34,358 nt of DNA from Marinobacter sp. (lineage in GTDB: Bacteria > Pseudomonadota > Gammaproteobacteria > Pseudomonadales > Oleiphilaceae), in NCBI GenBank assembly GCA_046498485.1, contig JAWOAO010000057.1, positions 1 to 34,358 on the forward strand, read 5' to 3'. Made by a program: the position numbers and the translations under genes. Under the pieces are notes generated by a model, which saw only the letters and a list, made by a program, of their open reading frames with translations, was not told the DNA's origin and did no database searches. Below are positions 10,017 to 19,459 of the stretch, piece after piece (the stretch's first letter is position 1; each line of letters opens with the position of its first letter).

Positions 10017-10532
10017 ATGACTGAGAATAAGCCCATAGCGCCCTGGTATCGACAGCCCTGGTTCTGGTTTTTGACCATTTTCCCGATAGCGGCCATTTGT
10101 TCGGGCATCACCATACTGACGATATCTTCCAGCCTTGATAAATCGATGGTCTCTGACGATTACTCCAAAGAAGGTCGCGGGATCAACATGGCGATTGCCC
10201 GAGACCAGAAGGCCCTGGACCTCGGGATAAATGGCGGGCTCTCGGTAGAGGGCCGCAACGCCAGTCTGACCCTGAATAAAGCCGAAGGGCCGGCAGATTA
10301 TCCCTATCTGATCATGAGCTTTTACCATCCAACCATGGCCGATAGAGACCGCACCGTGCAGTTTCGCCGGGTCTCGGACGGCGAGTATACGGGCGCCATG
10401 GTCGGTGATATGGATGGCCGCTGGTACTACGACATTCAAGGACCGGAAAATGACTGGCGCGTGAAAGGCGAGCTCTGGCTCCCCGCGGAGAATACTCACG
10501 CAGTCAAAGCGACGAATCCTGCCCAAGGGTGA
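10017..10532 (+). CDS. ccoH: FixH/CcoH family protein
   Basis: PWYRQPWFWFL N-terminus, VSDDYSKEG, HPTMADRD; position in the operon. Confidence 0.9.
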   Translation: MTENKPIAPWYRQPWFWFLTIFPIAAICSGITILTISSSLDKSMVSDDYSKEGRGINMAIARDQKALDLGINGGLSVEGRNASLTLNKAEGPADYPYLIMSFYHPTMADRDRTVQFRRVSDGEYTGAMVGDMDGRWYYDIQGPENDWRVKGELWLPAENTHAVKATNPAQG

Positions 10533-12976
10533 ACACCCTGAACTGTTTCCATTGCGGCGAGCCAGCGGACGGCAACCCGCCAATCATTATGGAGCTGGAC
10601 GGCTCAGACCGGCACTTCTGCTGTCAGGGCTGCAAGGCTGTCTGCGAAACCATTCGCAACGAAGGCCTGACCGGCTTTTACGACTTCCGCACCATGCCTG
10701 CCGTTACCCCCAGGCAGCTTACCCGCTCCGAACTCTCCCGCATCAAGGAGCTGGACCACCCGCTGGTTCAGCAGTCCTTTGTCGCGCCGGTAAAAGGCGG
10801 CCAGGAAGCGCAATTACTGATCGGTGGCATCACCTGTGCGGCCTGTATCTGGCTGCTGGAAAATCATCTCAAAAAGCAGCCAGGGGTGATCTCGTTTTCG
10901 GTCAATCACACCACCCAACGGGCACGACTGGTGTGGGCCCAGGATCAGGTCCGCCTGAGCGAACTGCTGATCGCTATTCATGAACTGGGCTATACCGCTC
11001 GCCCCTACCAGGCTGACGAAGCCGAACAGGCGCTGAAAGCGGAACACCGCAGCATGCTGATCCGGTTGGTGGTGGCTGGCGCCGGCTCCTTCCAGACCAT
11101 GATGCTGGCCTTCCCCCTGTATTTTGAGCTGATCAGCGAGCTGTCGCCGGAGTTTGTCAGTTTCTTCCGCTGGTTCAGTCTGTTGGTGGCCACGCCGGTG
11201 GTTCTCTACAGTGCCCGACCGTTTTTCGAGAATGCCAGGCGTGACCTTGCCTCTCGTCATCTCACTATGGATGTTCCAGTTGCCATTGCCATCGGCCTTG
11301 CCTTCGGCGCCAGCGCCTGGGTAACCGCTTTTGGTGGCCAAGAGGTGTACTTTGAATCGGTCTGCATGTTCACTTTCTTCCTGCTGCTCGGGCGCTATGT
11401 GGAGGTTCAGGCCAGATACCGGGCAGGTCTGACCGGCAGCGCACTGGCGGGTTTCCAGCCGACGGTTGCGGCCATGGTCCGCAATGGCGAAACCGACATC
11501 GTGCCGGCGCATCAGGTTCGCCCCGGCGATATTATCCGGGTGCGTCCGGGCGAAACGTTGCCAATAGACGGCGAGATTGTCAGCGGCGAATCAACACTCA
11601 ACGAAGCCGCCCTGACCGGTGAATACCTGCCTGAATCCCGCGGTCCGGGTGACACGGTGCATGCCGGCAGCATCAATGGCGAAAACCCGCTCGACATACG
11701 AGTTGTCAAAGCCGGAGCGGAAACCCGGCTTTCCGGCATTCTTCGGGTGCTGGACCGGGTTCAGTCAGAAAAACCCCCGGTGGCGCGCATGGCAGACCGC
11801 ATCGCCGGCAAATTTGTCGCCCGGGTTCTGATTCTGGCACCCATCGTGTGGATTGGCTGGGCACTGGCCGGCGCCGACAACGCCTTCGACATCACTCTTT
11901 CGGTGCTGGTCGTCACCTGCCCCTGCGCGCTGTCTCTGGCGACGCCAACGGCCATTACTGCGGCTTCCATGCGCTTGCGTAAACTCGGCTTTTTGCCCAC
12001 TCGCGGACACACGCTTGAATCTCTGAATAGTATAGACACCGTGGTTTTCGATAAAACCGGCACCCTGACCCGTGGCGAACTGACGCTCACCGGAACCCGA
12101 ACCTTCGGTGACATGGATGAAGCCCATTGCCTGCGCCTGGCGGCCGGGCTGGAGAAGCACTCCGAGCATCCGATAGCCAGAGTGTTCCATGAACGGTCCT
12201 CGGTTACGGTGGATACGGTCAATAATTACCTGGGCGGAGGTTTGTCCGGCCAGTTCAACGGACAGCAAGTGTTCATCGGCCATAAAGCCTTTGTTGCTGA
12301 ACATTCAAGAGCCCCTGCACCGGAGGCCGAAACCGCCACTGGCATGGAAATCTGGCTGGCGACCAACGATCAGTGGTTGGCCAGCTTCCAGCTGGATGAC
12401 CAGATCCGTGCAGATGCAGCTCAGGCCATTCAGGCACTCAACAACGCCGGCATACAGACTCTGCTTCTCAGCGGCGACCGGTCCGGTCATGTTCAACAAG
12501 TTGCCCGCACGCTGGGCATTGAAAGAGCCATTGGCGAAGCCTCGCCAGAACAAAAACTGGACGTGCTTGAACAGCTGAAGGCCGAAGGTCGCAAGGTCAT
12601 GATGGTGGGTGACGGGCTCAATGATTTACCGTCCATGGCCGGTGCCGGAATCTCGGTGGCCATGGGCACCGCTGCGGACCTGACCCAGCTCAAGGCCGAT
12701 GCGGTACTGCTGAACGGTCAGCTGATGCAGCTGATGGAAGCCATCAAGGCCAGCCAGCAAACCCGGAATATCATTCGCCAGAACCTGATCTGGGCCTTCG
12801 GTTACAACCTGGCCGCCCTGCCCCTCGCCGCAGCCGGACTGGTGCCACCCTGGCTTGCCGCGATTGGTATGTCGATCAGCTCACTGGTGGTGGTTCTGAA
12901 CGCTCTGCGCCTGGGCTCGCCCTCACGGAAACGCCCGGAAAACCCGGATCCGCTTGGCTCCACGGCCCCGGCTTGA
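10529..12976 (+). CDS. ccoI: Copper-translocating P1B-type ATPase CcoI/FixI
   Basis: CFHC/CCQGC N-terminal domain, CAAC HMA motif, TGE, CPC, DKTGT, GDGLND; GTGA overlap with ccoH. Confidence 0.95.
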   Translation: MNTLNCFHCGEPADGNPPIIMELDGSDRHFCCQGCKAVCETIRNEGLTGFYDFRTMPAVTPRQLTRSELSRIKELDHPLVQQSFVAPVKGGQEAQLLIGGITCAACIWLLENHLKKQPGVISFSVNHTTQRARLVWAQDQVRLSELLIAIHELGYTARPYQADEAEQALKAEHRSMLIRLVVAGAGSFQTMMLAFPLYFELISELSPEFVSFFRWFSLLVATPVVLYSARPFFENARRDLASRHLTMDVPVAIAIGLAFGASAWVTAFGGQEVYFESVCMFTFFLLLGRYVEVQARYRAGLTGSALAGFQPTVAAMVRNGETDIVPAHQVRPGDIIRVRPGETLPIDGEIVSGESTLNEAALTGEYLPESRGPGDTVHAGSINGENPLDIRVVKAGAETRLSGILRVLDRVQSEKPPVARMADRIAGKFVARVLILAPIVWIGWALAGADNAFDITLSVLVVTCPCALSLATPTAITAASMRLRKLGFLPTRGHTLESLNSIDTVVFDKTGTLTRGELTLTGTRTFGDMDEAHCLRLAAGLEKHSEHPIARVFHERSSVTVDTVNNYLGGGLSGQFNGQQVFIGHKAFVAEHSRAPAPEAETATGMEIWLATNDQWLASFQLDDQIRADAAQAIQALNNAGIQTLLLSGDRSGHVQQVARTLGIERAIGEASPEQKLDVLEQLKAEGRKVMMVGDGLNDLPSMAGAGISVAMGTAADLTQLKADAVLLNGQLMQLMEAIKASQQTRNIIRQNLIWAFGYNLAALPLAAAGLVPPWLAAIGMSISSLVVVLNALRLGSPSRKRPENPDPLGSTAPA

Positions 12977-13012
12977 TACCGTAGAACTCTATTCTTCTTG
13001 AAGGAGCACAAC

Positions 13013-13246
13013 GTGCAAATAGTCATGTACCTGGTGCCATTGATGCTGATTTTGCTGGTCGTGGGGCTGGTACTGTTTTCCTGGGCAGTCAAGAATGGCC
13101 AGTACGACGACCTCGAAGGCCCCGGTCATCGCATTCTCTACGATGACGACAAGGATATGATTCCTGAAGAGTCGCGCCAGCCTGAGCCAGACGACACCCC
13201 CAAAGCAAAGAACGACCGCAGCACCGACCCGGAAAATAAAGCCTGA
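13013..13246 (+). CDS. ccoS: cbb3 oxidase maturation protein CcoS
   Basis: GTG 13013 after AAGGAG; TM helix followed by WAVKNGQYDDLEGPGHRILYDD. Confidence 0.93.
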   Translation: MQIVMYLVPLMLILLVVGLVLFSWAVKNGQYDDLEGPGHRILYDDDKDMIPEESRQPEPDDTPKAKNDRSTDPENKA

Positions 13247-13933
13247 ATGCCAGCAGAACTCTATATCAGTTACTCCAGCGCCTTCCTGATCGGCTTGCTG
13301 GGCAGCGCCCACTGCCTGGGTATGTGCGGGGGCATCAGCGCCTCGCTGTCGATGGCATTGCCGGTCGGCAAAGGGTTTCGCTTTCGCCAGTCACTGATGC
13401 TGTTGGCCTTCAATCTGGGGCGAATCGGCAGTTACGCGCTGATTGCCGCGATGATCGCCATCCTGAGCACCAGCATGGCAGGCCAGGGCCGGTGGGCTGC
13501 CATGCTGTTGATGACACTGGCAGGGCTTCTATTGATCTTCATGGGTCTGTCCATGGGCCAGTGGTGGCAGGGCATCCGCATTGTGTAAAAAGCCGGCGCG
13601 CCCGTGTGGCGGTTATTGTCGCCGCTGACCAAACGCTTCATCCCGGTGAACAATCCGGGGCAGGCGCTGGCACTGGGGGCTCTGTGGGGCTGGCTACCGT
13701 GCGGACTGGTGTACAGCACGCTGGGCTGGGCGGCACTGCAGCCGACCGTACCCGCGGCCGCCCTGACCATGTTTTTCTTCGGCCTGGGCACGTTGCCGTC
13801 GATGCTGGCGACCGGTTATGCCGCTAACTGGATTCGCAATCTTCAGGGCAACCGGGGATTCCGGAAACTTAGCGGCGTCTTGCTGATTCTGTTTGGTCTG
13901 TGGACTCTGCCTCTGCAAGCCCTGATCCACTGA
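13247..13933 (+). pseudogene. DsbD_2/TauE-SafE family membrane protein of the cco locus, interrupted by an in-frame TAA at 13586-13588
   Basis: ORFs 13247..13588 and 13604..13933 share a frame. GLLGSAHCLGMCGG is in the first half and WGWLPCGLVYS in the second. The junction reads GIRIV*KAGAPVW. Confidence 0.85.
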
Positions 13934-13941
13934 TCCTGAGA

Positions 13942-14850
13942 TCAGAGGTTCAGGACATCGAGCCGGCCAAAATCCGGTTCCGGGCTGGCTGTCTGCACTG
14001 CCTGGCGTTTACCGCCCAGGCGCTTGCCTTCCTTGAAATCGTAAAGATTCGGGTCAGCCAGATGCGAGGGTTCAACATTGCAAATGGCGCGAAACATGGT
14101 TTCCAGACGCCCCGGGTGCTGTTTATCCCAGCTCTGGAACATTTCCTTGATAACCTGCCGTTGCAGGTTCTCCTGGGATCCGCACAGATTACAGGGAATA
14201 ATCGGAAATTCCCGAACTGCGGCATAGCGGGCAATATCCTTTTCGCGGGCGTACGCCAGTGGCCGGATCACCGTGTTGCGACCATCATCACTGTGCAGCA
14301 CCGGCGGCATGGTTTTCAGTTTGCCGCCGTAAAACATATTCAGAAACAGGGTTTCCAGCAAATCGTCCCGGTGATGACCCAGGGCGATCTTGGTGACGCC
14401 GTGCTCCTCGGCAAAGTTATACAGAATCCCCCGTCTTAGTCGGGAACACAGACCGCACGTGGTCTTCCCTTCGGGGACTTTGTCCTTAACGATGCTGTAG
14501 GTGTCCCTCTCGATGATGTGATACTCGATGCCGAGAGCCTTCAGATAAGCTGGCAGAATATGTTCCGGAAAGCCGGGCTGTTTCTGGTCAAGATTGACAG
14601 CAATCAGCTCGAAAGAGACAGGGGCGCTTTTCTGCAGGTTCAACAGGATATCCAGCATCGCGAAGGAATCCTTGCCACCGGACAGGCAGCACATCACCTT
14701 GTCACCGGCCTCGATCATTGAGAAATCGGCAATTGCCTGCCCGACATCACGGCGCAAGCGCTTCTGCAGCTTGTTCAGTTCCAGTTTCTGGCGACGGTCC
14801 TGCTCTGGAGCAGTTAGCGGTTCGGGATTGGCGGTCATTGCTGGGGACAT
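13942..14850 (-). CDS. ttcA: tRNA 2-thiocytidine(32) synthetase TtcA
   Basis: SGGKDS PP-loop, [27 protein letters not shown]; probable ATG at 14850. Confidence 0.96.
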   Translation of the reverse strand: MSPAMTANPEPLTAPEQDRRQKLELNKLQKRLRRDVGQAIADFSMIEAGDKVMCCLSGGKDSFAMLDILLNLQKSAPVSFELIAVNLDQKQPGFPEHILPAYLKALGIEYHIIERDTYSIVKDKVPEGKTTCGLCSRLRRGILYNFAEEHGVTKIALGHHRDDLLETLFLNMFYGGKLKTMPPVLHSDDGRNTVIRPLAYAREKDIARYAAVREFPIIPCNLCGSQENLQRQVIKEMFQSWDKQHPGRLETMFRAICNVEPSHLADPNLYDFKEGKRLGGKRQAVQTASPEPDFGRLDVLNL

Positions 14851-15016
14851 ACTCTTGCACGTGCACGGGGTTAGTGAGCGGGCAATTATACGCGCCACAC
14901 CGTTTCAGGGACAGAACAGCAACATGGATATGTTGAGTTTAAGAAGCCGTCAGCGGAAACAGCCGCCAGTGCTGGCATGACTTTCAAGCGCGAGCGGACT
15001 CGCTTACCATGGTGTC

Positions 15017-15682
15017 ATGACCATTCCCCCGAAAGTAACAGGCTCGAAACCGGGCCCGGCCGTCGTTGACCCCGATAATCTGTGGCTGAACCAGCACCTA
15101 CAGCATATGTTGGTGGCCGTTGAGCATGAATTGAGAGTCGCCGGGCCGAAAGGACTGAGTGAGCTTGAACTGATCAGATCACTGCAGAAAGAACCCTGGG
15201 CGCTGATCGGAACGGTTAACTTCCACGCCCCCGACCAGCTCTATCCGGTGCATTTTCTGCTGTTCCACGTGCTCTACACGCTGCGGGACCAGCTTGCCCC
15301 GGACGGAGAGGCCCTGACCATTTCGCCGTTATGGCTGAGCATCAGTCGTCAGCAAACCGTTGCTTGCGACGGCTTGCCGGGGCAAGAGGACAAGCTCAGA
15401 GCCTTCTATCTGGATCTGTCCCAATACCACCTGTCCGACGCCACCATCCAGACAATGATGGACGATTTCTGGAGCGGGCAAACCCGCTCCAGACCAGACC
15501 TGCCGGCCGCAGCAGTCGCCGCTTCGGCGCTGGGCTTTTCGACATTGCCCGAGCAGTTTGCGCCCATCAAACAACGGTTTCGGAAACTGGTGATGCAAGC
15601 GCATCCGGATCGTGGCGGCGATACCGAATCCATCCAGAAACTTAACGAGGCCTTTTCGGTCTTGAAATCACACTATGCCTGA
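15017..15682 (+). CDS. DnaJ-related protein (N-terminal DNAJ_related domain, C-terminal J domain)
   Basis: HFLLFHVLYTL and LRAFYLD motifs; C-terminal KQRFRKLVMQAHPDRGG (HPD). Confidence 0.85.
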   Translation: MTIPPKVTGSKPGPAVVDPDNLWLNQHLQHMLVAVEHELRVAGPKGLSELELIRSLQKEPWALIGTVNFHAPDQLYPVHFLLFHVLYTLRDQLAPDGEALTISPLWLSISRQQTVACDGLPGQEDKLRAFYLDLSQYHLSDATIQTMMDDFWSGQTRSRPDLPAAAVAASALGFSTLPEQFAPIKQRFRKLVMQAHPDRGGDTESIQKLNEAFSVLKSHYA

Positions 15683-15719
15683 TTCACTTCATTACTGTCA
15701 TGCAGGACACCAGACGATC

Positions 15720-16751
15720 ATGATCCAGAACTTAAAGCTTTTACCAGTGATCACTGCCCTGTTGATGGTGCTGACCACCGTCGCCAAAGCTGACCTGGTG
15801 ATTTTGCAATATCATCATGTGGATGACAGCACGCCAGTGGCAACCAGCACCTCGCGTTCACTGTTTGAAGCACAGCTGCAAATGATCCAGCAGCTGGAAT
15901 TGGAGGTTGTTCCGCTGCTGGCGGGCACCCGACAGGCGCTGGCGGGCGAACTCGAGGCTTCAAATCAGATCGCCATCACCTTTGACGATGCCTACGAATC
16001 GGTTTACAGCGCCGCGGCGCCGGTGCTTGAGCGCTTTGGCCTGCCCTACACTATTTTTGTCAACACCGATGCCATCGGTTCCCGCGGCTATATGACCTGG
16101 GACCAGCTCCGTGAACTGGCTGAACACAAGAGCGTCACCATCGCCAACCACAGCACTGACCATGACCATATGGCGCGCAGAACTGGCGAACCGGCAGAGC
16201 CATGGCAAACCCGGGTGAACCGCAGTCTTGATGAAGCTCAGAAAGTCCTGAAACAGAGGCTTGGGATTGATGAACCCCTGTTTGCCTATCCGTACGGGGA
16301 ATTCGACGAAGCGCTGGAGGCCAAACTGGCTGATCGGGGCTGGTACGGCTATGGGCAGCAATCCGGAGCGGTCGGCCGCTGGTCTCACGATACCCGGCTG
16401 CCCAGGTTCCCGATGGCCAACACTTACGGCCAACTCGGAAGCCTGCAAGACAAGTTGCTGAGCAAAGCCTTCCCGGTACCTGCAAAAGATCTGCCCGACG
16501 GCATTCTGACCAGTAACCCGCCAGCGCTGAGCTTTCCACTGGGCGAAAAACTGGACGCCAACCGGCTCACCTGCTTTGCTTCTGGCCAGGGTCGTATCGA
16601 CTTCACGGTAGTTGGCGATAGCGTGCATGTGCAGGCTCCCAGGGCCTTGCAAAGTCGTCGCTTCCGCTATAACTGCACGCATCCGGCTGGTCAGGGCCGT
16701 TTCTACTGGCTGTCGCAGCAATGGCTGGACCGCGACCAGCCAGAAGACTGA
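15720..16751 (+). CDS. Secreted polysaccharide deacetylase (CE4/NodB family)
   Basis: Signal peptide ending AKA; ILQYHHV, ITFDDAY, NHSTDH, FAYPYGE. Alternative start at 15675. Confidence 0.88.
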   Translation: MIQNLKLLPVITALLMVLTTVAKADLVILQYHHVDDSTPVATSTSRSLFEAQLQMIQQLELEVVPLLAGTRQALAGELEASNQIAITFDDAYESVYSAAAPVLERFGLPYTIFVNTDAIGSRGYMTWDQLRELAEHKSVTIANHSTDHDHMARRTGEPAEPWQTRVNRSLDEAQKVLKQRLGIDEPLFAYPYGEFDEALEAKLADRGWYGYGQQSGAVGRWSHDTRLPRFPMANTYGQLGSLQDKLLSKAFPVPAKDLPDGILTSNPPALSFPLGEKLDANRLTCFASGQGRIDFTVVGDSVHVQAPRALQSRRFRYNCTHPAGQGRFYWLSQQWLDRDQPED

Positions 16752-16756
16752 ACCCG

Positions 16757-17773
16757 CTAGTCTTCGAAGGTCGCGATACCCAGTTCCCCAAACCGGACGT
16801 GGGGTATCGCTTTGGGGCCATGCCGGGTTTCGATAACCGTCTGGCCTTGCAGGTCCTGCACCTTGGTAAAAACGATTAACCAGCGCTCGCCCTGGTCTGG
16901 AAACACCGGCAGCCAGGCTTCAAGGTAGCCCCGTTGGCGCCAGGTTTCCGGGGTGTAATCCAGCACCAGATCGGTGACCAGTCGGACCGGCCTTAAATCC
17001 TCATCGAGAAACGCAAGGGACGGCACAACCAGGCCGTTATGGGCGTAGGAACGCAGGCGAGCAACGAACGCCGAGGCATCGGCTGGCAAGGCAATCAACT
17101 GGAACGGCGAGCGGCCCGAACTGAAGTCATGCTCTGAGGACTCCGGTGCAAGCCTGACGGCAAATTCCCGGCCTGCCTGCCACGGCTGGGACGAGCGCAC
17201 TGAAAGCTGTTCGCAGCAGCTGCGACTGAACGCGGTGAACTTATCTTCCGCTTCCTGTTCGATATCCAATATGGCGAAGGCATCCGGGTCGTAGCCTGCT
17301 ACCGGCTCGATGGTGTGACTTTCAGTACGGTGATAGACACTCGCGGGCGTCAGCTCGACCGGTGCGGCAATCAAGCCTTTCTCAACGTCCGTTCGGGCAT
17401 CGGGTGTGAAATAACTGACGCGGACATTGCCATCGGCATCGCGCCAGGTGAAGTACGGCTGACGCTGTCCGGGGCGGACATTGCCAGCCTTGGCGAGTTC
17501 ATCCCCGTCAGGGAAATTGTCCAGAGTGTATTCGGTTTCTTCTTCAAGAGACTGCGCCTGCGCAGCTTCTGACCGGGCATGGCCATTCGCCGGGGATCGC
17601 CCCGCCTCAGGTCGGGATTCCGGAATACGCGTATAGTGCACCCGGCCCTGCTCATCCACCCAGGAAAAGTAACCCTCCCGTTCGCCGACCGGAGTGCCCG
17701 CAGACTGACAACCTGCCAGCAACAGCGCTGCCAGCAAAGGAGCCGCCAGGTATCTCAGTGCACCGATTGTCAT
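16757..17773 (-). CDS. filE: FilE-like lipoprotein with C-terminal MalM-like domain
   Basis: Lipobox LLAGC; two Y-F-x-W-x-D-x-x-G motifs; CC motif; LRSYA...VPSLAFLD...YLEAW; last gene of the cluster. Name assigned by resemblance to the Acinetobacter fil cluster. Confidence 0.65.
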   Translation of the reverse strand: MTIGALRYLAAPLLAALLLAGCQSAGTPVGEREGYFSWVDEQGRVHYTRIPESRPEAGRSPANGHARSEAAQAQSLEEETEYTLDNFPDGDELAKAGNVRPGQRQPYFTWRDADGNVRVSYFTPDARTDVEKGLIAAPVELTPASVYHRTESHTIEPVAGYDPDAFAILDIEQEAEDKFTAFSRSCCEQLSVRSSQPWQAGREFAVRLAPESSEHDFSSGRSPFQLIALPADASAFVARLRSYAHNGLVVPSLAFLDEDLRPVRLVTDLVLDYTPETWRQRGYLEAWLPVFPDQGERWLIVFTKVQDLQGQTVIETRHGPKAIPHVRFGELGIATFED

Positions 17774-17795
17774 GAGCGTTTCCAGCCAACGTGGT

Positions 17796-19421
17796 TCAGA
17801 ACTTCTTTCGGAAGCTTAGCCCGGCCATGACCACCCGCAGAGAGGTTTTGATATCAAGACCGGCATAAGGGTTATAGATGATGTTGGTGATGTTGTCACA
17901 GTTCACATTACAGCTGGTATCGGCCGGAATGGTTTCTATCGAGTGCAGATACGACAGGTTCATGTCGATCTCGGTATTTTTATCCCACTGGTACCCCATG
18001 CCGATGCTGTAGAGGTTGGCGCCACCGAAGGGCGCCATGATCGAACGCTGGTCATCGGGAATGACCGAGTCCCGAATTTCCACCCCTGCCCGCAAATCCA
18101 GCCGGGACGAGGCATGAAACTCCATGCCAAAGGCCCAGTTCCACTGACTCTTGAAGCCCAGAGGCAACCGGAGGGTGTTGGGCGTGGCGTTGTCTGGTGA
18201 CAGAATGCGCGCGGCGTTGAGGAACTCCAGATTACGGTCAAAGCGGAAGACGAAGGCGTCCCACTGGGCGTAGTCGGTCCAGCCTATATCGGCATTCAGG
18301 GTGAGCCTGGGGTGCACATCCACGCTGACACCGGTCTGAAAGTGTTGCGGGTAAACCAGATCCATACTGACGTTGCCCGCCTCCCGGGGGGCGCCGGACG
18401 GCAAACTAAGGATCGCCGAGGAAATGGCACCGAGTACCGAGCCGTTCACGCTCTGCCAGAAGCCCGACCAATCGTCGGTGTACTGAATCTCGAAGGTGCC
18501 TTTGAGATTCATGTCCGCCTCGGAGGTGTAACTGGCCCCCCAGCTGAACCAGTCTGTGGGCTCCCAGAGTACACCCAGCGAATAGGTTGGCGAGAGGGTT
18601 TCCTGCACGTTGATGCTGAGCGCCCCTATGTCATCCCAGGGCCCGACGTTACCGCCACACAGCGCAAGCCAGGGCTGTAGCGGCTCGTCACCGCTCTCGC
18701 AGTTGAAGGCATCCTGCAGCACTTCGGCCACACCCAACAACATATTGGGTGCGCGCATGTACTGATCCGCCGCAATCCCCATGTGCGACAGATGGATACC
18801 CGCCCCCACCGACCACTCATCGTTGATCTCATAGCCCACTGACGGCGACAGGTAAGTGGTTCGCTGCAAGGCCGTGGCCTGCGGCTGATAACGGCCAGGG
18901 TCGTCTTTCTCCCGGTAGAAACCTGCTGCCATCGGCAGATAGAAGGCGTTGGCAAAGGTCAGCTTTGAGCCCGGTCGATTGATACTGATGCCCGCAGATG
19001 GCGCCACCGCGGGCCCGGGCGGCGCTTTCAGAATGCCATACCCGGGCAAATACAATGCAACGTTGTTGGCATGGCTGTGGGTATTGGCCACCGGATCACG
19101 CTGCTGGCCGGTGCTGGGGTCAATCTCCAGGCCGTCGATACCGAAAATCTCATAACCCTCCGGAGCCGTAAAATCGGCATCGACATCCAGGTAGATACTG
19201 AGCAGGTTCACTTCAAACTGTCGGTCTTTCAGCCTGGTCAGGCCTGCCGGGTTGTAATGTATCGCCATGATGCCCGGGGGATCCGCCGTCACCGCGTTAC
19301 CCAGTGCCAGCGCCTTCGGGTGTATGGTGAGGTTCTGGGCGAGCTGGGCCTGAGCACCGCACGACAGGGTCGCTGCGATGATGGCTCCCAGAAGCTGCCG
19401 TTTCGGGCTGAAATGTGCCAT
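17796..19421 (-). CDS. filD: OmpP1/FadL-family outer-membrane transporter (FilD/AupA-like)
   Basis: ATG 19421 after GGAAGGA; signal peptide ending AQA; ALALGNAVTADPPG and HYNPAGL hatch motif; C-terminal Phe. Confidence 0.75.
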   Translation of the reverse strand: MAHFSPKRQLLGAIIAATLSCGAQAQLAQNLTIHPKALALGNAVTADPPGIMAIHYNPAGLTRLKDRQFEVNLLSIYLDVDADFTAPEGYEIFGIDGLEIDPSTGQQRDPVANTHSHANNVALYLPGYGILKAPPGPAVAPSAGISINRPGSKLTFANAFYLPMAAGFYREKDDPGRYQPQATALQRTTYLSPSVGYEINDEWSVGAGIHLSHMGIAADQYMRAPNMLLGVAEVLQDAFNCESGDEPLQPWLALCGGNVGPWDDIGALSINVQETLSPTYSLGVLWEPTDWFSWGASYTSEADMNLKGTFEIQYTDDWSGFWQSVNGSVLGAISSAILSLPSGAPREAGNVSMDLVYPQHFQTGVSVDVHPRLTLNADIGWTDYAQWDAFVFRFDRNLEFLNAARILSPDNATPNTLRLPLGFKSQWNWAFGMEFHASSRLDLRAGVEIRDSVIPDDQRSIMAPFGGANLYSIGMGYQWDKNTEIDMNLSYLHSIETIPADTSCNVNCDNITNIIYNPYAGLDIKTSLRVVMAGLSFRKKF

Positions 19422-19459
19422 AACGTCCTTCCCTTGCCTTAAATCGTCTGCGACTTCAA

